A program made the position numbers and the translations under genes. Below the pieces are notes generated by a model. It was not told where the DNA came from. It saw nothing but the letters and a program-made list of their open reading frames with translations, and searched no databases. Shown in pieces: positions 63,111 to 64,000 of a stretch of DNA of 64,000 nt (the stretch's first letter is position 1; the number at the start of each line of letters is the position of its first letter). This stretch comes from Pecten maximus (taxonomy: Eukaryota), in NCBI RefSeq assembly GCF_902652985.1, contig NC_047015.1, positions 44,516,001-44,580,000 of the forward strand, given 5' to 3'.

Positions 63111-64000
63111 GTTACAGAAAACTGAGTAAGATACCTAGAGTTTGGTGTGGTACTGTATGTGACAGAAAGAGTTGATAAAGTACCTAGAGTTTGGTGTGGT
63201 GTTGTATGTCACAGAAAGAGTTGATAATGTGCCTAGAGTTTGGTGTGGTGTTGTATGTGACAGAAAGAGTTGATAAAGTGCCTAGAGTTTGGTGTGGTGT
63301 TGTATGTTACAGAAAGAGTTGATAAAGTGCCTAGAGTTTGATGTGGTGTTGTATGTCACAGAAAGAGTTGATAAAGTACCTAGAGTTTGGTGTGGTGTTG
63401 TATGTCACAGAAAGAGTTGATAAAGTACCTAGAGTTTGGTGTGGTGTTGTATGTCACAGAAAGAGTTGATAAAGTGCCTAGAGTTTGGTGTGGTGTTGTA
63501 TGTCACAGAAAGAGTTGATAAAGTACCTAGAGTTTGGTGTGGTGTTGTATGTCACAGAAAGAATTGATAAAGTACCTGGAGTTTGGTGTGGTGTTGTATG
63601 TTACAGAAAGAGTTGATAAAGTACCCAGAGTTTGGTGTGGTGTTGTATGTCACAGAAAGAGTTGATAAAGTACCTAGAGTTTGGTGTGGTACTGTATGTT
63701 ACAAAAAGAGTTGATAAAGTGCCTAGAGTTTGGTGTGGTGTTGTATGTGACAGAAAGAGTTGATAAAGTACATGGAGTTTGGTGTGGTGTTGTATGTTAC
63801 AGAAAGAGTTGATAAAGTACCTAGAGTTTGGTGTGGTGTTGTATGTTACAGAAAGAGTTGATAAAGTACCTAGAGTTTGGTGTGGTGTTGTATGTGACAG
63901 AAAGAGTTGATAAAGTGCCTAGAGTTTGGTGTGGTGTTGTATGTTACAGAAAGAGTTGATAAAGTACCTAGAGTTTGGTGTGGTGTTGTATATTACAGAA
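63111..64000 (+). repeat. 49-bp tandem array (18 complete copies, runs off window) = splice acceptor + first 36 nt of the next TSC2 exon
   Basis: Unit TTGTATGT(T/C/G)ACAG|AAAGAGTTGATAAAGT(G/A)CCTAGAGTTTGGTGTGGTG; translates KELIK(C/Y)LEFGVV. Confidence 0.95.

Overview
AT-rich, intron-rich animal genomic DNA. The SINE and HINE repertoire points to a bivalve mollusc (inference). Three host genes: (1) histone H3.3, minus strand, first coding exon 439-720, rest off the left edge; (2) a complete unkempt (UNK/UNKL-family CCCH + RING) gene, minus strand, 16 exons traced by hand, 18817-36012, about 852 aa; (3) the first 21 coding exons (about 806 codons) of TSC2/tuberin, plus strand from 41244, divergent from unkempt and running off the right edge. 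The rest is a nested cluster of dead LINEs (5.8-9.4 kb), V-, Meta- and CORE-type SINEs, Helentron-like HINEs, several MITEs with clear TIRs/TSDs and large intronic minisatellites. The most unusual pattern is that four (possibly five) tandem arrays are amplified copies of an exon-intron junction of the host gene. The clearest is the terminal 49-bp array: 18 complete copies of a TSC2 splice acceptor plus 36 nt of the next coding exon (KELIKCLEFGVV). Also notable are the H3.3-unkempt-TSC2 linkage and a GC-AG intron in TSC2. All coordinates were counted by hand; comparisons with human genes are from memory, not from a search.
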